Both the position numbers and the translations under genes were made by a program. The notes beneath the pieces were generated by a model, which saw only the letters and a list, made by a program, of their open reading frames with translations, was not told the DNA's origin and ran no database searches. Positions 37,136 to 47,153 of a DNA stretch of 64,000 bases are shown one piece after another. Position 1 is the first letter of the stretch. The number at the start of each line of letters is the position of its first letter. The DNA comes from Solirubrobacterales bacterium (GTDB lineage: Bacteria; Actinomycetota; Thermoleophilia; Solirubrobacterales; Solirubrobacteraceae): the NCBI GenBank assembly GCA_025963965.1, contig JAOPZS010000044.1:4170-68169 (forward strand), written 5' to 3'.

Positions 37136-38170
37136 TCAGACACCGCGGTCATACCCCCACAGCGCGCCGAGGTCGCGTCCGAGCAGCTCGCTCGCGGCTG
37201 AGACCTCGCCGGCGAAGCGCTCGTGAAGCTCCGCCATCAGGCGCCCGTCGGGGGGCGGCGGCGCGGTGTCCACGACCGCCCGGCGCATCGCGCGCAGCGC
37301 CCCCCGGCGCACGCGGGCGGGGGTCAATGCCCTGACGACCGAGCCGGCGGCCCGCGAAGCAGGGCCGCGACCCATCGAGACGGCGTCGATCAGCCCCTCG
37401 GCACGGTGCGAGCGCACCCGCACGGTCGGGTTCGCCTCGCTGCGCGCGATCTCGACCGACTCCTCGACGCCGAGGAACCTGAGCACGTCGCGGACGACGC
37501 CGTCGTTGTCGCGGCGGAAGTCCTCGTAGATCCCCGTCAGCACGGCATCGCGCCCGAACAGCTCGTGGTATGCCCGCAGCTGCTCGGCGTAGCGGACGTG
37601 GCGCGTGTAGAGCAGCGCACCGGGCCACGGGCACCCGGCCGGGATGCTCCGCCCCTCCGCGCGCTCGGGCTCGAGCGCCAGCGCCTTGGCGAGATCCCGC
37701 TCGGTCTCGAAGCCGACCTGCAGGAGTTGCAGGTGGAACGAGCGGATGAAGCTGGCCGGCTCGCGCAGGAAGGCGATGATCTGCGCGTCCGGGCGCAGCG
37801 CCGCGATTCGCGCGGCCGCCTCGGGGGTTCGCAGGTAGGCGGTCGAGATCTCCCCGACGCGCTGCCCCGGGAGAGCCTCGTCGAACAGTGCCAGGTAGGC
37901 GTCCAGCGTCCGCGGGCGCCGCAGCTCCCGCCCTCCCGTCGTTTGGGTGCGCTCCGCCTCTCCGCGCGCGAGGAACTGTGTCTCGCGCAGCACCGGCAGG
38001 AACAGCTGCGGATGTCCCGCGAGCATCGCGTGCAGAGCTGTCGTGCCGCACTTGGCGTGCCCGACGACGAAGAAGTCCGGGACGGTTCGGGCCGAGCGCC
38101 CAGCGTCGCGGAGCTCCTCGAGCAGCGCCTGCTCGCCGCCGGCGCCCGCTCCCGGCGAAGGTGCGCTCAC
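37136..38170 (-). CDS. PAPS-dependent sulfotransferase
   Basis: PDFFVVGHAKCGTT 5'-PSB, LREP..RS 3'-PB, YEDF. Confidence 0.88.
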   Translation of the reverse strand: MSAPSPGAGAGGEQALLEELRDAGRSARTVPDFFVVGHAKCGTTALHAMLAGHPQLFLPVLRETQFLARGEAERTQTTGGRELRRPRTLDAYLALFDEALPGQRVGEISTAYLRTPEAAARIAALRPDAQIIAFLREPASFIRSFHLQLLQVGFETERDLAKALALEPERAEGRSIPAGCPWPGALLYTRHVRYAEQLRAYHELFGRDAVLTGIYEDFRRDNDGVVRDVLRFLGVEESVEIARSEANPTVRVRSHRAEGLIDAVSMGRGPASRAAGSVVRALTPARVRRGALRAMRRAVVDTAPPPPDGRLMAELHERFAGEVSAASELLGRDLGALWGYDRGV

Positions 38171-39027
38171 ACCGTCTCCGCCGCGCCGGGCTCGCGCGAG
38201 GCGGTGCGGGGCGTGCTCGGGGGCTGCGGGGCGCGACCGGTGGCCTTCCGGATCCTCCTGAGGACTTTCTGCGACAGCGTCAGCGGCGGCGGCCAGCTGG
38301 CGGGCCGCCGGCGCTCGTTGATGCGGGCGGCCAGCCCCTCGGGGTCAGGATGGTCTCCGTGGATCACGCGAACGCGGTCGACCACGGTCGCCGGGTAGCC
38401 CAGGCGAAAGTTGTACTCGGGACTCAGCACGAAGAGCCTGAGACCGTGCTCCCACGCACAGCGCCGGAAGGCGGGCTGGTCGGCGCGCCTGCTGCGGCTC
38501 GCCTTCCCGGCCCCCGGGAACGGCTCGTTCTCAAGCCATGACGCGTAGGTCTCCTGCCAGCTGGCCATGAAGTCCGCCATGCGCTCGCTCGCGTGCCACG
38601 CGAGCACGCCCGTGTTGAACTCGTGGAACGCCTTCGGGACGAGGGGATCCTCGAGGCCGCGGTAGGCCGGGGCGAACGCGACCGCCATGTCGTAGTGCTC
38701 GAGCAGCGCGAGCACGTGGACGATCTCGTCGACGACGTAGGTGTCGCTGTCCAGGTACAGGGTGCGTTCGAACGGCGAGCGCCGCATGTTCGCGATCTTG
38801 TCGACGTAGGGATTGCCCGAGGGCTCGAAGCGCCTGACCGTCAGGCCCTCGGCGCCCGCCCCCTCGCCGTCTGCAAACACGACGTGCGGCACCGCGTTGT
38901 GCCTCAACGACGAGCGCGCCGATCGCACCGCCTCGGCGACGTAGAACTCACCCGTGCCCGAGTAGACGACGCCTTCGCGAGCGGTGGGCGGCGCAGGCGT
39001 CTGCGGATTGCCGGGTTGCTCTGCCAT
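38167..39027 (-). CDS. GT-A fold glycosyltransferase (nucleotide-diphospho-sugar transferase-like)
   Basis: SPFERTLYLDSD (DxD), FNTGV, DQPAFR, PEYN. Confidence 0.78.
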   Translation of the reverse strand: MAEQPGNPQTPAPPTAREGVVYSGTGEFYVAEAVRSARSSLRHNAVPHVVFADGEGAGAEGLTVRRFEPSGNPYVDKIANMRRSPFERTLYLDSDTYVVDEIVHVLALLEHYDMAVAFAPAYRGLEDPLVPKAFHEFNTGVLAWHASERMADFMASWQETYASWLENEPFPGAGKASRSRRADQPAFRRCAWEHGLRLFVLSPEYNFRLGYPATVVDRVRVIHGDHPDPEGLAARINERRRPASWPPPLTLSQKVLRRIRKATGRAPQPPSTPRTASREPGAAETV

Positions 39028-39536
39028 CAGCTCTCCGCGTTGAGCGACGCTGAGAGCTGCGGGCTGCATGCCAGCGTCTGCAGCACGACGCAGTAGCGCT
39101 CGGTCAGCTTCAGAAGCGTCTCGAGCTGCTCCTCGCCGGCGTCGCTCTGGAGGTCGAACGCGAGGCGGATCGCCGAGAAGCCGACGGGTGCGTCACGGTC
39201 GACCGCCAGGGTGCCGCGAAAGTCGAGATCGCCCTCGGCCCGGACCGTGCCCGCGGAGAGCTCGATGCCGAGTGACGTGGCGACGGCCCGCACCGTCACC
39301 CCGGCGCAGGCGACGAGTGCCTCGAGCAGCATGTCGCCGGAGCACAGCAGCGTTCCATCGCCGCCGCTGGCCTCGTGCAGCCCCGCCTCGGCGAGCGCAC
39401 GGCCGGCATGAACGGAGCAGCTCACGCCTTCGCCGAGCGTGCCCGCGGCTCGCAGTGTCACCAGGCCGGCGGCCGGATCCTCCTTGTAACGCTCCTTCAG
39501 CGGCAACTGCCGCGCCCGCAGCTCGTCTCTGTTCAT
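39027..39536 (-). CDS. OsmC-family protein
   Basis: CSGDMLLEALVACAG, GDLDFRG, ERYCVV. Confidence 0.88.
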   Translation of the reverse strand: MNRDELRARQLPLKERYKEDPAAGLVTLRAAGTLGEGVSCSVHAGRALAEAGLHEASGGDGTLLCSGDMLLEALVACAGVTVRAVATSLGIELSAGTVRAEGDLDFRGTLAVDRDAPVGFSAIRLAFDLQSDAGEEQLETLLKLTERYCVVLQTLACSPQLSASLNAES

Positions 39537-39543
39537 CGCGTCC

Positions 39544-40740
39544 CTAGTTGAGCCGCTCCACGAGCATCGCCATCCCCATGCCGCCGGCGACGCACATCGA
39601 CTCGATGCCGTACGTGCCGTCGCGCGCGTCGAGGCCGTTGATCAGCGTCGTCATGATCCGCGCGCCGGTCATCCCAAAGGGGTGCCCGAGGGCGATCGCG
39701 CCGCCGAACGGGTTCAGCTTCTCGGCGTCGATGCCGAGGTCTTCGCGGCACGGCACGATCTGCGCGGCGAAGGCCTCGTTGATCTCGACGACGTCGATGT
39801 CCTCCATCTTCATGCCGGTCTGCTTGAGCAGCATCTCGATCGCCGGAATCGGGCCGAGACCCATGATCTCCGGGCGGATCGCTGCGACGGTCGAGGCGAG
39901 GATCCGCACTTTCGGCTTCAGCCCAAGCTGCTCTGCGCGCTCGGGCGTCGTGATCAGCAGCGCCGCCGCGCCGTCGTTCAGCGGGCAGGCGTTGCCGGCT
40001 GTCACGGTGCCGTCGGGCCTGAACACGGGCGGCAGCGCCGAGAGCTTCTCAGCGGTCGTCCCGGCGCGCGGCCCGTCGTCCTTGGTGACGAACTGCTCGG
40101 GCACCTCGACGTCGTTGCCCTCCTTGTCCTTGACCGTGTGGGCGGGCGCGGTGACGCCGACGATCTCCTTGTCGAAGTGGCCGGACTCCTGGGCCGCAAC
40201 GGCGCGCTGCTGGGAGATCGCCGCCCACTCATCCTGCGCCTCGCGGCTGACCTTGCACCGGTCGGCGACGTTCTCGGCTGTCAGGCCCATCGGGATGTAG
40301 ACGTTGTACATCGAGTTCTCGGACCCGTCGAGCTCGGGATGGAACTGGAAGTCGGCGCCTTTGCCCGCCCTCGAGACGGCCTCGACGCCGGCCGCCACGT
40401 AGGTGTCGCCCTCACCGGCCTTGATCGCGTGGAAGGCCATGCGCGTGGTCTGCAGGGAGGAGGCGCAGAAGCGGTTGACGGTCGTGCCGGGGACGTGGTG
40501 ATCGATGCCCGACAGCAGCGTGGCGTTGCGGCCGATGTTGTAGCCGGACTCGCCCTCGGCGAAGCCACAGCCCATCATCACGTCGACGATCGAGCCGCCG
40601 GTCTCCAGCGACGGGTTGCGCTCGAGCAGCGCTTTGAGCGGAACCGCGGCGAGGTCGTCGGCGCGGACTGATTTCAGAGACCCCTTGACAGCCCTACCGA
40701 TGGGCGTGCGGACGGCATCGACGATCACTGCTTCGGGCAT
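39544..40740 (-). CDS. Acetyl-CoA C-acyltransferase (thiolase)
   Basis: NRFCASS, NEAFA, GHPFG, CVAGGMG. Confidence 0.95.
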   Translation of the reverse strand: MPEAVIVDAVRTPIGRAVKGSLKSVRADDLAAVPLKALLERNPSLETGGSIVDVMMGCGFAEGESGYNIGRNATLLSGIDHHVPGTTVNRFCASSLQTTRMAFHAIKAGEGDTYVAAGVEAVSRAGKGADFQFHPELDGSENSMYNVYIPMGLTAENVADRCKVSREAQDEWAAISQQRAVAAQESGHFDKEIVGVTAPAHTVKDKEGNDVEVPEQFVTKDDGPRAGTTAEKLSALPPVFRPDGTVTAGNACPLNDGAAALLITTPERAEQLGLKPKVRILASTVAAIRPEIMGLGPIPAIEMLLKQTGMKMEDIDVVEINEAFAAQIVPCREDLGIDAEKLNPFGGAIALGHPFGMTGARIMTTLINGLDARDGTYGIESMCVAGGMGMAMLVERLN

Positions 40741-40967
40741 CTGAGAATCTCTCTCCTTGGTAGGTGGACGCGCCTGCGATCACGAGCTTCTAGGCGCGAA
40801 GCCAGATCCTAGAAGATCTACCCCCTAAACCGCGCGCCGCCAAGTTGCGACCAGCATGCGTAACTGACGCCCGTAGACCAAGCGCAGCAAGGACGCAGGG
40901 AGCGAGATGTGCCCCTGCACGTGAGCGGCCGAGGACGCACATGCGCGCCGCGTCTGCGCGCGTCAGA

Positions 40968-41609
40968 TCAGAGGTCGAGGCGGGAGACTCCGAGCTCGTC
41001 GAATCCGACGTGATGGGCGAGCTCGTGGCGAACTGTGCGCGTCACCTGGTCGCGGAGCGTGTCGGCGTCATGGCCGAAGTCGCGTCGCAGCGTGTCGCGG
41101 AAGATCACTATGCGGTCGTGGGCGTCCTGGCGGGTGGCGCCGTCACCCTGGTAGAGCCCGTACGCGCCGGCCCGCCGGCCTCCGTCGGAGATCACCACGG
41201 CGACGTGGGCGAGCGCGTTGCGCAGCAGGTCGGGCAGATCGTCGAGGGCGTCCCGGACGAGCTCCTCGAAGTCCTGGTCGTCGAGCGGGTCGAGATCGAT
41301 GAAGTCGTTTTCGTCCGGGTCGACCGCGAGCCCTTCGCGCGCCAGGCGCTCGGAGTGGCGGACGATGTCTTCGAACTCGCTCTCGGACTCCGGATCGCGC
41401 CAGCCGGCCAACCGCACGGCGACGAACGCGACGCTGCCCATCAGCAGGGCCGCCACGATCACTCCCAGTGCCACGTCCTCGAGGGCGCGCACCGCTCCAA
41501 TCGAGCTGAAGCCCTGGCCGACGACCAGCACGACGAGGCCGAGAGACATCGCGACGAGCGCCGCGAAGCCGACGCGGCGAGCGTGGCTCCCCCCCGCTCC
41601 CCGGCGCAA
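40968..41609 (-). CDS. Zincin-like metallopeptidase with N-terminal TM segments
   Basis: YGLYQG..DRIVIFR..HELAHH; start uncertain (41549-41660). Confidence 0.8.
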   Translation of the reverse strand: MRRGAGGSHARRVGFAALVAMSLGLVVLVVGQGFSSIGAVRALEDVALGVIVAALLMGSVAFVAVRLAGWRDPESESEFEDIVRHSERLAREGLAVDPDENDFIDLDPLDDQDFEELVRDALDDLPDLLRNALAHVAVVISDGGRRAGAYGLYQGDGATRQDAHDRIVIFRDTLRRDFGHDADTLRDQVTRTVRHELAHHVGFDELGVSRLDL

Positions 41610-41723
41610 CGTCAGAGTCCCACGGTGCTGGTCACGAGCCCCACAGCCGCATGATGCCAAAGCCGGAGCCTCATGCCCGCCGCCTGCCGTCTCAGCGGCC
41701 CGTGGGCGCCGTCAGGCCCGGCC

Positions 41724-42869
41724 TCATTTGAGCGTGCGCGCGATCACCACGCGCTGGATCTCGTTGGTGCCCTCGTAGATCTGGGTGATCTTCGCGTCGC
41801 GCATCATCCGCTCGACCGGGTACTCCTTGACGTAGCCGTAGCCCCCCAGCACCTGCACGGCCTCGATCGTCACGGCCATCGCGGTGTCCGAGCAGAAGAC
41901 CTTCGCCATCGAGGAGTACTTGGCCCGCTGCGGATGGCCCTGGTCGGCCATCGCGCACGCCTTGTAGAGCAGCTCCCGCGCGGCCGCCGTGCTGATTTCC
42001 ATGTCGGCGAGCTTGAACTGGATCCCCTGGAACTCGTTGATCGGCTGGCCGAACTGCTCGCGTTCGGCGGCGTAGGCGACGGCGTAGTCGGTGGCACCCT
42101 GGGCGATGCCGACAGCCTGCGCGGCGGCGCCGAGGCGCGTGCGCTCGAGTGTGCCGAGCGCGACCGACAGGCCCTTCCCGACCTGCCCGATCACGTTCTC
42201 CTGCGGGACACGGACGTCCTCGAAGATCGGCTGGCCGGTCGGCGAGGCGCGGATCCCGAGCTTGTGCTCGAGCTTGCCGACGCTGAACCCCGGACGGTCG
42301 GCCTCGACGACGAACGCCGTCAGCCGGCGCGTCTCGCGGTCCGTCACGGCGAACGTGATGTAGAAGTCGGCGACGCCGAGGTTGCTGATCCAGTTCTTGG
42401 TGCCGTTGATCACCCATTCCTCGCCATCGAGCACCGCCGTCGTTTTCATCCCGGCCGGGTCGGACCCGGCCTCGGGCTCCGACAGCGCGAACGCCGGCGA
42501 GCGCTCACCGCTCGCGCATCCGGGCAGGAAGCGCTCCTTGAGCTGATCTGAGCCGAACAGCTGGATCGGCAGCGTCCCCAGCTCCTGCACCATCAGGATC
42601 AGGGCGCAGGAGGCGTCGACCTTGGCGATCTCCTCGACCGCCATGTTCAGCATAAGCGTGCCGGTGCCCGTGCCGCCGTACTCGACTCCAAACGGCAACC
42701 CGAGGATGTCCTGCTCGGCGAGCAGTCGGCGCACGTCCCACGGGTATTCGGCCTTCTCGTCTATCTCGGCCGACCGCGGGGCGATCTTCTCGCGGGCGAT
42801 CTGCCCGATCGTCGCGCAGAGATCCAGATGCTCCTGGGGAATCGTGTAGACGTCGCCGACGGCCTCCAT
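41724..42869 (-). CDS. Acyl-CoA dehydrogenase
   Basis: FALSEPEAGSD, GTKNWISN, LGGYGY, IYEGTNEIQ. Confidence 0.95.
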   Translation of the reverse strand: MEAVGDVYTIPQEHLDLCATIGQIAREKIAPRSAEIDEKAEYPWDVRRLLAEQDILGLPFGVEYGGTGTGTLMLNMAVEEIAKVDASCALILMVQELGTLPIQLFGSDQLKERFLPGCASGERSPAFALSEPEAGSDPAGMKTTAVLDGEEWVINGTKNWISNLGVADFYITFAVTDRETRRLTAFVVEADRPGFSVGKLEHKLGIRASPTGQPIFEDVRVPQENVIGQVGKGLSVALGTLERTRLGAAAQAVGIAQGATDYAVAYAAEREQFGQPINEFQGIQFKLADMEISTAAARELLYKACAMADQGHPQRAKYSSMAKVFCSDTAMAVTIEAVQVLGGYGYVKEYPVERMMRDAKITQIYEGTNEIQRVVIARTLK

Positions 42870-42983
42870 CGAACGGATCCTAGTGGTGGGGCGTGGTGAG
42901 CGGCCCCGTCCAGCGGGAGGCCCCATGCCTGGACGGCGCTGGACATCCGGTTTCGCCGCGCCCCCGACGGGTAATCAACTGTC

Positions 42984-43217
42984 GTGCCCCTTGGAACATC
43001 CATATTCCTGATCGCCGTCGGCGCGATCCTCCGCTATGCGGTTACCGCCAGCGTGTCGGGGATCTCGATCACGACTGTCGGGCTGATCCTGATCATCGTC
43101 GGGGTCATCGGGCTCGTGCTGTCGATCATCTACATGTTCGCCTGGGCGCCCCGTCGGGGTGTGGGTGGTGAGCGTGTGGTCGAACGCGACGCCTACCGCG
43201 AGCCGCCCGTCTACTAG
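42984..43217 (+). CDS. Small membrane protein (DUF6458-like)
   Basis: LGTSIFLIAVGAILRYAV..VGLILI; two TM helices. Confidence 0.75.
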   Translation: MPLGTSIFLIAVGAILRYAVTASVSGISITTVGLILIIVGVIGLVLSIIYMFAWAPRRGVGGERVVERDAYREPPVY

Positions 43218-43301
43218 TCCCCGCGGGGACGGGTTGGTCGGCCCCACCGGGACCCGCGCTCGACGCGGCCCGGCGCGACGCAGCGCCGCTAGGCTCAGGT
43301 G

Positions 43302-43658
43302 ATGAGTGACGCCGCGAGCTCGCAGGTACTGGCGATCGACGGCGCACGGCTGGCCGAGTGGATGCAGAGCGACCCCGCGCTGCAGGTGATCGATGTCCGT
43401 GAGCCCTACGAGCGCGAGGCCGGCCACATCGAGGCAACGCGCCACGTCGAGCTCACACAGCTGACCGCGCAGGCGCCGAGCATCGACCGGGCTCACCCGG
43501 TCGTCTTCTACTGCCGCGTCGGCGCGCGCTCGCGGATGGCCGCCGAAGCGTTCCGCGCGAGCGGCTACGAGGCATACTCACTGGATGGGGGCCTGGTGCG
43601 CTGGGCCGAGCAGGGCCGGGCGCTCTCGCCGGAGGGCGGGACCGTGGCCGACCACTAG
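43302..43658 (+). CDS. Rhodanese-like protein
   Basis: IDVRE..GHI..CRVGARS..LDGGL..W. Confidence 0.88.
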   Translation: MSDAASSQVLAIDGARLAEWMQSDPALQVIDVREPYEREAGHIEATRHVELTQLTAQAPSIDRAHPVVFYCRVGARSRMAAEAFRASGYEAYSLDGGLVRWAEQGRALSPEGGTVADH

Positions 43659-43672
43659 AGAGGAGTTCGTTG

Positions 43673-44116
43673 ATGGAGGCTTCTACCGACTTTCCGAACG
43701 TGAGCAGCGGCAACGGCTGGGCCGCCGGGAACCTCGACGACCTCGGCGAGGGCCCTGGTTTCCGCAAGGTCCGCAAGGGCCTCGGCGTGACCGCTTTCGG
43801 CGTCAACGCGATCGTCCTGCCGCCGGGCGTCGAAACGGGTGCCCACTACCACGACGAGCAGGAGGAGCTGTACTTCGTCCACCGCGGCGCGATCGAGATC
43901 GAGTTCGGCGACGGCACCGTGCAGACGCTCACCGAGGGTGGCATCGCCCGCGTCGACGCGGCGACCTCGCGCAAGATCCGCAACAGCGGCTCGGTCGAGG
44001 CGATCTACCTCATCGCCGGCGGCAAGGATGGCTACGTCGGGCGCGACGGCCGCGTGCCCGAGGGCGAGGAGCAGCGCGTCCGCGCGATCCACGACCTCGG
44101 CGGCGGCCAGGGATAG
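43673..44116 (+). CDS. Cupin domain protein
   Basis: HYHDEQEELYFVHRG. Confidence 0.82.
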   Translation: MEASTDFPNVSSGNGWAAGNLDDLGEGPGFRKVRKGLGVTAFGVNAIVLPPGVETGAHYHDEQEELYFVHRGAIEIEFGDGTVQTLTEGGIARVDAATSRKIRNSGSVEAIYLIAGGKDGYVGRDGRVPEGEEQRVRAIHDLGGGQG

Positions 44117-44124
44117 CCGGGCGG

Positions 44125-44553
44125 ATGGCCGAGGGCGAGCGCTCCCCCCGGACGCTGCACATCCGCGGGCGGCTCGAGCTGCCACTCGCAGAGATCACGC
44201 TGCGTGCGAGCCGCTCGTCGGGCCCCGGCGGCCAGCACGCGAACGTCACCGCCTCGCGCGTGGAAGCGGTGTTCGACGTGCGTGGCTCGGCCACGCTGAG
44301 CGACTCCCAGCGCGAGCGGCTGATAGCCCGGGCGGGGCCGCGCATCGCAGCCGTCGCCCAGGACGCCCGCTCACAGGCCCGCAACCGCGAGCTCGCCCTG
44401 GAGCGGCTCGCCCAGCGTATCTCCGAGGCGCTCGCCGTGCCGCGGCAGCGACGCGCCACGAAACCGACGTCGGCCTCGCGCGAGCGCAGGCTCGCGACCA
44501 AGCGAGAGGCCTCGCAGCGCAAGCTCGCGCGGCGCCCGCCCGACGCCGACTAG
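44125..44553 (+). CDS. arfB: Alternative ribosome rescue peptidyl-tRNA hydrolase
   Basis: SSGPGGQHAN, RSQARNR, basic C-terminal tail RRATKPT. Confidence 0.92.
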   Translation: MAEGERSPRTLHIRGRLELPLAEITLRASRSSGPGGQHANVTASRVEAVFDVRGSATLSDSQRERLIARAGPRIAAVAQDARSQARNRELALERLAQRISEALAVPRQRRATKPTSASRERRLATKREASQRKLARRPPDAD

Positions 44554-44572
44554 GAGGATCCAGCGAGACGCT

Positions 44573-44971
44573 TCACGCCTCGTCCGACAGTCCGACGGCT
44601 TTGAGGGCCTGCTGCCTGTTGTTGTAATAGTCGAGGCGCACGATCTTCGCGTCGCGGAACTCGAAGACCATCGCGTCGTGGCGTTCGAGCTCTACGCCGC
44701 TTCCGTGCCCGGTCGTCGTCTGGAGAACGCACGCGACGACGCGCTCGCCTGCGTCCAAGAACTCCTCGGGCTCCATCGCGTACGCCGACCACGCCGAGGC
44801 CCAATCCTCAAGCCAGCGTCCGAACCCGGCGTGCCCGCGGTAGTCCCCCGCGTCCAGGATGTCGTGGTCGTAGACAACAACATCCTCATGCAACCTGTCC
44901 CAGGCCGGTTCGCCCGTCGTTGCGAAATGCTCCAGCGCCGTCTGTACGCTCTCCACGTTCTCCTGCGACAT
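44573..44971 (-). CDS. SnoaL/NTF2-like protein
   Basis: MSQENVE..YRGHAG..DAGERVV..ALKAVG. Confidence 0.85.
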   Translation of the reverse strand: MSQENVESVQTALEHFATTGEPAWDRLHEDVVVYDHDILDAGDYRGHAGFGRWLEDWASAWSAYAMEPEEFLDAGERVVACVLQTTTGHGSGVELERHDAMVFEFRDAKIVRLDYYNNRQQALKAVGLSDEA

Positions 44972-44978
44972 CGCCCGA

Positions 44979-46595
44979 CTAGTTGAGCAGCTCGCGGACG
45001 TAGCGCTGGTGCAGGCGGCCCAGCGCCGTCTTTTCGGGATAGAAGCCGATCACGTTCCAGAGCTTCCCCGAGGCGGGGGCCCAGGCGATGATCAGATATG
45101 CGCCGAGCACCAGCGCGGTGTTCCGCAACCGCCGCGACGGCGACAGCGCCGCCAGCGGCAGCACCCACAGGACGTACCACGGGAGCACCCAGCTGAGCGT
45201 CACCAGCAGGGCCACGCCGGCCCATCCGCTGGCGGTGATCGTGCGGGCCGCGGCGCCTTCGCCCGCCCGTCTCACCTCGCCCGGATCGGCCGCTCCTGCG
45301 CTCTCCGGGGCCGCGCCCGCGCGCAGCCGGCGGGGACCCCAGGCGAACCAGCAGCAGGCCAGCACGGACACCGCCAGCGCGACCGTCAGCAGTTTGTGCA
45401 GGGTTTCGGTCTCCCCTCCCGCGCCGACCACGAGCCCGATCAGGTTGGGCACGCTCAAGCTCGTGACGAGGCGGCTCTGGGTGCTGAGATCGGGGATGTG
45501 CAGCCCAAATGCGAGGAGGCTCGCCGCGCCGACCGCGACTGCGGCGAGCAGCATCCCCGTGAGCACCTGCGCGAGCGCGCGGCGGTGACGAAGCAGACCG
45601 GCGAGCACCACCGGGATCAGCACGCCTCCGGAGGCCTTCAGCCCGGCCGCCACGACGAACGCGGCGCCCGCGCCGAGCAGATCGGGCGAGACCGGTGCGA
45701 ACCACGGACCGCTCCGCTGCTCACGGTGGCGCTCCTGCTCTCGCGCCCGCAGCAGCAGGTAGAAGCCGAGCATGATGAAGAACAGCATCAGGAAGTCGTT
45801 GTGGTCGCCGCCCAGACCCCATACGAGCACGATCGGGTTCAGCCCGATCAGCGCGAGCGCCGTCACCTGATCGCGACCGAGCAGTCGCGCGCACTTCCAT
45901 ACCAGCAGCAGGGTGCCCAGGCTCGTCGCCGCCAGCACGATCTTCAGGGCCCAGAAGGACCCCGCGACACCAAGCGGCACGACGGCGAACGTCAGCATCG
46001 TGAACAGGGGCCCGTAGGGGCTGAGTAGCTGGTGCCAGTTGCTGAGCGCGTAGCTCGGGTCGTCGTGTGGCTCGAGGATCGGAATCGTCGTGTACGGGTT
46101 CAGGTGGTGCACCGCCTCCATGCGCCCGTAGTTGATGTAGTTGAAGACGTCTGTCAGGGCGAGCGGCGGCGAGAGGATGAAGACCACGTGGACGGCAAGC
46201 ACGGTGGCGATGACCCAGCGCGCCGGCACGGCCCTGCTGCGGCGCAGCACGAGCAGGTAGCACAGGTACATCACGACGACCGCGATGCTGAAGATGATCT
46301 TCAGCGTCGTGCTGTTGCCCGTCAGCCCAGGCCAAAGGCCACCGAGCGGACCGGCCATCCAACGCGGGTAGAAGTTGTTGTGCGTCGTCGGGGAGAGCAG
46401 GCTCGGCCGATTGGCCGCCATCACGACGAGGAACAGGCTGAGTGCGACGATCGCCGTCAGCGCGACCGCGACAGCGCGCTGACCGCTTACGGCGTCGGCG
46501 TCGGCCCGTCCCTTCGGACGCAGCCATCTGACGAGCCCGTCGCGGAGGCCGGCGGGACGCTCGCGCAGCGGGAGGGTGGTCGCTTCACCGGTCAT
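44979..46595 (-). CDS. GT-C polyprenol-phosphomannose-dependent glycosyltransferase (MptB/GT87-like)
   Basis: Multi-TM; DVFNY, SPYGPLF, LNP..GGDHND, LPWY. Confidence 0.8.
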   Translation of the reverse strand: MTGEATTLPLRERPAGLRDGLVRWLRPKGRADADAVSGQRAVAVALTAIVALSLFLVVMAANRPSLLSPTTHNNFYPRWMAGPLGGLWPGLTGNSTTLKIIFSIAVVVMYLCYLLVLRRSRAVPARWVIATVLAVHVVFILSPPLALTDVFNYINYGRMEAVHHLNPYTTIPILEPHDDPSYALSNWHQLLSPYGPLFTMLTFAVVPLGVAGSFWALKIVLAATSLGTLLLVWKCARLLGRDQVTALALIGLNPIVLVWGLGGDHNDFLMLFFIMLGFYLLLRAREQERHREQRSGPWFAPVSPDLLGAGAAFVVAAGLKASGGVLIPVVLAGLLRHRRALAQVLTGMLLAAVAVGAASLLAFGLHIPDLSTQSRLVTSLSVPNLIGLVVGAGGETETLHKLLTVALAVSVLACCWFAWGPRRLRAGAAPESAGAADPGEVRRAGEGAAARTITASGWAGVALLVTLSWVLPWYVLWVLPLAALSPSRRLRNTALVLGAYLIIAWAPASGKLWNVIGFYPEKTALGRLHQRYVRELLN

Positions 46596-46673
46596 GCAGG
46601 CTTGAACCGGCGATTAAACAGCACGGCGCCCGCGAGGGGCGCGATGGGCGGTCCGGTGAGGCCCTGAACGCAG

Positions 46674-46695
46674 AGGGCCCGCCGAAGCGGGCCCT
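46674..46695 (-). terminator. Hairpin terminator after the cold-shock gene
   Basis: AGGGCCCGC-TTCG-GCGGGCCCT on the minus strand; 9-bp stem with UUCG tetraloop. Confidence 0.75.
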
Positions 46696-46720
46696 GAGCA
46701 GCGTTCCGCTCCGGTCGCGA

Positions 46721-46924
46721 TCAGATGGCCGAGACGTTGACGGCCTTGGGGCCCTTGTCGCCCTGCTCCGGGTCGTAGGAGACCTTTGCGCCCTCCTGCA
46801 GCGAGCGGTAACCCTCGCCGTTGATGCCGGTGTGATGGACGAAGAGGTCCTTGTCGCCGTCGTCAGGGGTGATGAAACCGAACCCCTTGTCGTCGCTGAA
46901 CCACTTTACGGTGCCGGTAGGCAT
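46721..46924 (-). CDS. cspA: Cold-shock protein
   Basis: GTVKWF..KGFGFI..LFVHH; GGAGGAG SD. Confidence 0.95.
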   Translation of the reverse strand: MPTGTVKWFSDDKGFGFITPDDGDKDLFVHHTGINGEGYRSLQEGAKVSYDPEQGDKGPKAVNVSAI

Positions 46925-47040
46925 GGTGTGAACTCCTCCACGGTGTGTGCTCCTGCTACGCGGAGGATGCTGCTCAGAGCTTCGACCTGCGTGCGATTGC
47001 ACTACTTTCACCGGGCCGTTGCCCGGCCATACGAGACGAA
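46925..47040 (-). promoter_or_regulatory. Long structured 5' UTR of cspA
   Basis: TACTTT -10-like box near 47039-47044; GCCGGGCAACGGCCCGG hairpin; ~105-nt leader. Confidence 0.5.
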
Positions 47041-47153
47041 AGTAGCACGTCGCCGCCGGGTCGTGTTGTCGAGATGTTTCCGCCGCGTCGGCACCGCCGG
47101 GGCTCCGCCTCGGGGACGCCCGCCGCCGCTCGTGGCACGGCTAGTGTTCCAGC

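Noticed and set aside
40787-40815. CTTCTAGG..CCTAGAAG inverted repeat upstream of the thiolase
   Set aside because: Only an 8-bp stem with no recognisable family; not enough to call a regulatory RNA.
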